A DNA stretch of 54,311 nucleotides, filler included, from Catajapyx aquilonaris (Eukaryota), in the NCBI GenBank assembly GCA_000934665.2. It is 3 parts of 3 records of this genome, joined end to end, with 100 filler letters (N's around TTAATTAATTAA, not from the genome) between each part and the next. Parts side by side here need not be neighbours in the genome. Positions count along the whole stretch, not along the records: positions 36,499 to 54,311 come from KZ539606.1; 2 more parts are not named here. One strand, 5' to 3'. Position 1 is the stretch's first letter, and each line of letters opens with the position of its first letter. The translations under genes were made by a program, and so were the position numbers. Positions 49,831-54,311 of this stretch are shown here, piece after piece. The notes below the pieces were generated by a model. The model searched no databases and had not been told where the DNA came from. It worked only from the letters and a program-made list of their open reading frames with translations.

Positions 49831-52278
49831 CATATGATTGAAGAGACCATAACTCAAATTGAGTGCATACGGTACCACTTACTTTCATCTCGAACACACG
49901 CCGAGTAAACTACTTGTGATTTTCTCGTCCATGAGCTTGAAAACAAATGGAATTCTTATTCGTAACGACAATTATAAGACGTCGATACCTCTGCTACCGT
50001 AATGTTGGGTCATTTTGCAAGCAATGACGCATTAATTGCATTATTATGAGTTCATATAATTCTAATAACATGGCACAATATGGTGGCCACATTACTGGAG
50101 GTTATCATGCTTTTCTTCAAAATGTAGACGCATAACGCAATTGTATTACTGTTACACTGCAGAAGGCCCACAGATGCTGGTCGTTCTATGGAATGGGTTC
50201 CTCTGATGGGGTCTTCTCGGATGGTCTTCATGGGTTGTGTCCTCCAGGTACCGTACTACTGAATGCAATATTTTGTATTTGTTTATCTCCAACAATACTG
50301 TACAAATATTGTCCCCCGGACTTTGCCCACATGGTGAAACAATAGAGAACGTGCCTGGATGTAATGCTATATGAAATCAAAATAGAGAAACGATAAATAT
50401 AGTGTATTACATACAGATTACGTAATCATACGTCAAGCCCACTTACGTAGGAGTCCGTCCTTGATGTGGGTGTATTTTGATGGTACTGAAGATCCTCATC
50501 TGTCTCGTTATGAATTGGGTGTCCTACAATAGATTTCATTCTGTGTCAGGGTGATACAACTCATGCAGTTGTGAAATTGCTATTACTCGATCATATGTGA
50601 GGCTTAAACCTGATTGTGATCGGATGCATGGCTCCTGCTGTGGTAACGTTCAATGGACAAATGCAGTAAATATATTGTACTGTCACGTCAGCCCAAGGGC
50701 CCAAAACATGCAGTAGGCCTACACTTCATTCAGAGTAATATCAGTAAACTGATTTATTATCAAGTTTTTGAGCTGTCAAATGAATAACACTGTCTTTTTA
50801 TGTTCACGATATGAGGAATAGGTATCAGCATGGTGTCAGGAGTGTTACTGTAGGTTGGGATTATTTTCGACACGTATTTTGCCCACATGATTGGCTTGCT
50901 TTATCTGGAATCGAGTGTCTGTAACCCAGTTCCAAATTGGCATTATTTTCCTTAATCAGAATGGATGGCAAGACCTGTCAAGTAAAGTCATGCAAAGTAT
51001 TGCTCTTGTGTAGTGTATCACACATTTGTAGTACGAGTGTCATGAATATAACATGTTGCTGTAAAATCTTCCTTGAGAAAATTAATATTGTCGTCGGTGT
51101 TACTGCAAATTACGCGAGAGTGATTCGAGTAGACTTTTACCAGGCATGCAGTGGTTCAGGTCATTCAACATCTTGAAACTACAGAGTGTTTCTCAGGCTG
51201 AAGGCCCTGCGCAATTTGCCCACCACCATCTGACTAGTCTTAGACTTAGAGGCTTCGAGTCAGAGCGCTTCAGGACGCCCAATTTGAATGGTTTCATTTC
51301 GCTCAAATTGAGTACATTACTGGAATCAATTTGAGTCATTTTTCATGCTATTTTACTCCGGATGTTTACTCAATGTAGCTAGTCATTTGTTGAAGGTTAG
51401 AGGGACTTGTAATGATGAAAGTTACCAATAGTCACATGTAATGTGGATCTGTCTCACATAATTACCACAATGACACATTAATTGCATTATGCTAATATGT
51501 ATGTACAATATCAATCTACTATAAATTCCTGTAGGGCTCGACGTCTAGAATTATTGGTATCTTGTGTATCTCCAGATGTTCCTAGAGTTTGTGTGAAATG
51601 ACTATACTGGCATCTATTGTATTACTTGTAATTATTAGAATTTGGGGAGGAGGAACGGCCATGACACTGCCTAATGTGTAGTGGAAGATGGTTAAAATTC
51701 CGCGAGATTTTTGGGGGGAAATGATGGCATACTCGACATTCAATGGTGTACAGTCATAAAATTATCCCCCGGAATTTGCCCACATTGCGCAGCAATAGGG
51801 AACGTCCCTGGATGTAAATGTATAAGGGGGTTATGTATTTCTTCAAAATGTTGACGCATAACGCAATTGTATTACTGTTACACTGCAGAAGGCCCACAGA
51901 TGCTGGTCGTTCCATGGAATAGGTTCATTCAGTTTGGTCTCTTCGGATGGTCTGCCTCGTCTTCTTGGAGTGTGTCCTTCTCTTTCATGTGGATGGGTTC
52001 ATCCTCGTCTAGGGGTTGGGTCAGGCTCGGAGATAAAGATAAGCTTGGTACCGTACTACTGAATGCAATATTTCGTATTTGTTTTCCTCCAACAATACTG
52101 TACAAAAAATATTGTCCTCCCGAACTTTGCCCGCATGGTGCAACAATAGGGAACGTGCCTGGATGTAATGCTATATGAAATCAAAATTGAGAAACAAATT
52201 TTATAAATATAGTGTATTACATACAGAATGCGTAATCATACGTCAAGCCCACTTACGTAGGAGTCCGTCCTTGATGTG
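46392..52278 (+). repeat. Direct repeat block B (46392-47086, 49831-50468, partial 51835-52278)
   Basis: Three similar copies ending ...AAGCCCACTTACGTAGGAGTCCGTCCT, each with different deletions. Confidence 0.9.
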
Positions 52279-53194
52279 TTATTTCGATGGTATTGAAGAT
52301 CTGGAGTCGAGTGTCTGAGGCCCAGTTCCAAATTGGCATTGTTTTCCTTAATCAGAATTGATGGCAAGACATGTCAAGTAAAGACATGCAAAGTATTGCT
52401 CTTGTGTAGTGTATCACACATTTTTAGTACGAGTGTCATGAAGATAACATGTTGCTGTAAAGTCTTCCTTGAGAAATATTGTTGTCGGTATTACTGCAAT
52501 CACGTCGTGTCGCGCGTCGTGCTATTCTTGGATGAAGTTGAGTGCTTTTCTGCTAAGTGTCACTTCAGCTGTTATCAAACATATAGGCAAATTACGCGAG
52601 CGTGATTCGAGTAGACTTTTACCAGACTTTTCCTCATCAACTCGTGAATGAAAACTGTGACTACAAGCAACGTTGGAACTGATAGAGTTATTGGGTGATA
52701 TTATACTATGTTGTTCGCTTGAAGGTAATTTCAACTGTTAATATCTATATTTCATGCTCCCCTGAAGATTATATTCCAAAATGGCTACTTCGGAATGTGT
52801 GGTCAGTTTTGTTTTCGCTTGAAGATTATCGGATCCAAAACAGCACTTCATCGTCCCAGCAAGAGTGAAAGACTTCAAATTGTGATATGACCAGTTGGTG
52901 GAAGCGTGTGAGTTGTGTGAATGGGAAGACAATAAACAGTACGTGTATGTAAAAGAAACTACAGATATACTGTAACTGGTACCGCATAATTATTTTAGAA
53001 ACACACAGTGTACGCAGAGTCCTCAAGTATGACCAACTACAACATTTGCGGACCACTTTGTCGTTGGCTTCCAAGAGAACCAATGACCAAGGCTTCCAGT
53101 CACTCGGCGATAATGTTCCCGAAGAGCCGTCGCCAGCGGTGCATATTTTTCTTCTTCAACCGACGGGCTTCTGCCAGAGCCTCCTGTCGGTTCT

Positions 53195-54311
53195 CATTCA
53201 TTCATTCATTCATTTCATTTATTCCTCAGGCTTACACCCGTCAGGAAGACTTCCTCCACAACTACACAAATAACTCACAGCATCACAATCATCAAAAACA
53301 ACAACTTGTACATCAGAACTCTAATAATAGAAAACACAACTTATCATACACCTGTTCAATCCAGTATTATATCCACAAAACGGAGGTATTTTGTCGCCTC
53401 CCTAAAGTAGTCAAACAATCGTGTCATTAATTGGTCGTGGGGGGTAACAAATAATAAATGGGGAGAACCCTTTGGTGGCGGTGCGACTTCATGAAGGCAA
53501 ATTGTTCTTGTTGAATTAAAAAATGGACACTCAAAAAGGAAGTGATACAATGAGAAAGGTTCATTCATATTACACAGTGTACAGGAATCATTTGACCAAA
53601 TAAACTTGTAGCCTTCAAACCACATGCACCTTGGATTTAGTCTCAAGTTTGCCCAAAAGCGGGAGAATCTCAGTGTCATCGGCTTACTCACATATGGTTG
53701 GCCTATATACAATGGTTGCAATTGAACATAATAGCCATGTGAACGTGAATTCTCCAGCAGCCCCATGTCCAATGCAATTGTATTATCGGTATAATTTTTT
53801 ATAAATTGGCTACACTGAGTCTGATCTTCACCCAGTTGTTTCCAGCCCTCCCACGAGGTACCCATCACATGGAGAACTTTAGTTTCGACTAAAATTCTCC
53901 AGTCCCACGCCAGCGACCGCTCTCCCAACATACACATATCAAACGCCCTTTTTACCAATCTGTCGTCCGGCAGTGACTGGATCCTCAATAACAAGCGTAG
54001 CAACTGTCTTACCACCCCCACCGCAAGAGGGCGTCTACCGAATTCCAAATGTATAAGATATGATGGGGTGGAAACAGCTAGATGCAATAAACGCTTGATA
54101 AAATATAGCTGGACTTTCTCGATTTCCTGGAGATAACTCAGCGCCCAAATCGCTGCCCCATAACAAATGATCGGTGCAATTTGTGCCTCGAACAAACGAA
54201 GCGCCAAGGATACTGACTTCAATTTTAACTTATTTATCAATCCAATCGTAGCGTCCGCCGCCGCTTTTGCTTTGGGAATAAAATGTGTTAGGTTACGCCG
54301 GAATTTGCCCG
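53195..54311 (-). mobile_element. Non-LTR retrotransposon (L2 group, Crack/Daphne-like) 3' half: ORF2 C-terminus, 3' UTR and tail
   Basis: Open ORF from the window edge to the stop at 53356 with LFEAQIAPIICYGAAIW...EIEKVQLYFIKRLL...TPSYLIHLEFGRRPL and the terminal CTLC...HFLFECP knuckle. AATAAA followed by an (ATGA)n tail at about 53195-53223. Confidence 0.85.

Larger units (their letters stand above)
40330..53195 (-). pseudogene. Decayed gene-dense mosaic of unknown origin (candidate endogenous virus or large DNA transposon)
   Basis: Long frames broken by scattered stops and frameshifts, mostly on the minus strand, with repeated same-orientation blocks. No hallmark domain recognised and boundaries are approximate. 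Confidence 0.45.

Noticed and set aside
52590..52650. KSGKSLL as a Walker A motif of a viral helicase
   Set aside because: It lacks the GxxxxGK spacing and a preceding hydrophobic strand, and the other copy differs upstream.

Overview
AT-rich (about 39% GC by eye) eukaryotic scaffold, most likely arthropod, with GT-AG introns as short as about 58 nt, many MITEs and SINEs, and two 100-N gaps holding a TTAATTAATTAA linker. Two conserved genes are confidently recognised, both on the minus strand: the first two coding exons of an ABCA2-like ABC transporter (27531-27596, 20703-20796) and the last three exons of EOGT ending in HDEL (34895-35719). Neither gene continues recognisably past the adjacent gap. 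A plus-strand five-exon coiled-coil gene (about 22544-27833) is nested antisense in the ABCA intron and aligns by eye to the Cor1/SYCP3 domain. Other likely genes are an orphan Ala/Lys/Glu-repeat gene (minus, 5797-17484), a Cys/His-motif gene start (minus, 36509-36897) and an orphan plus-strand exon pair (3416-4443). Mobile DNA includes Tc1/mariner, pogo, hAT, piggyBac, CMC, Harbinger and Kolobok-like MITEs, a Helitron fragment, tRNA-derived SINEs and the 3' half of an L2-group LINE. The least explained part is about 40.3-53.2 kb: a decayed, gene-dense, head-to-tail rearranged mosaic with a thrice-repeated polyA-plus-promoter junction. It is a candidate endogenous viral element or large transposon that I cannot assign to a family. 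All identifications come from reading the sequence; no searches were run.
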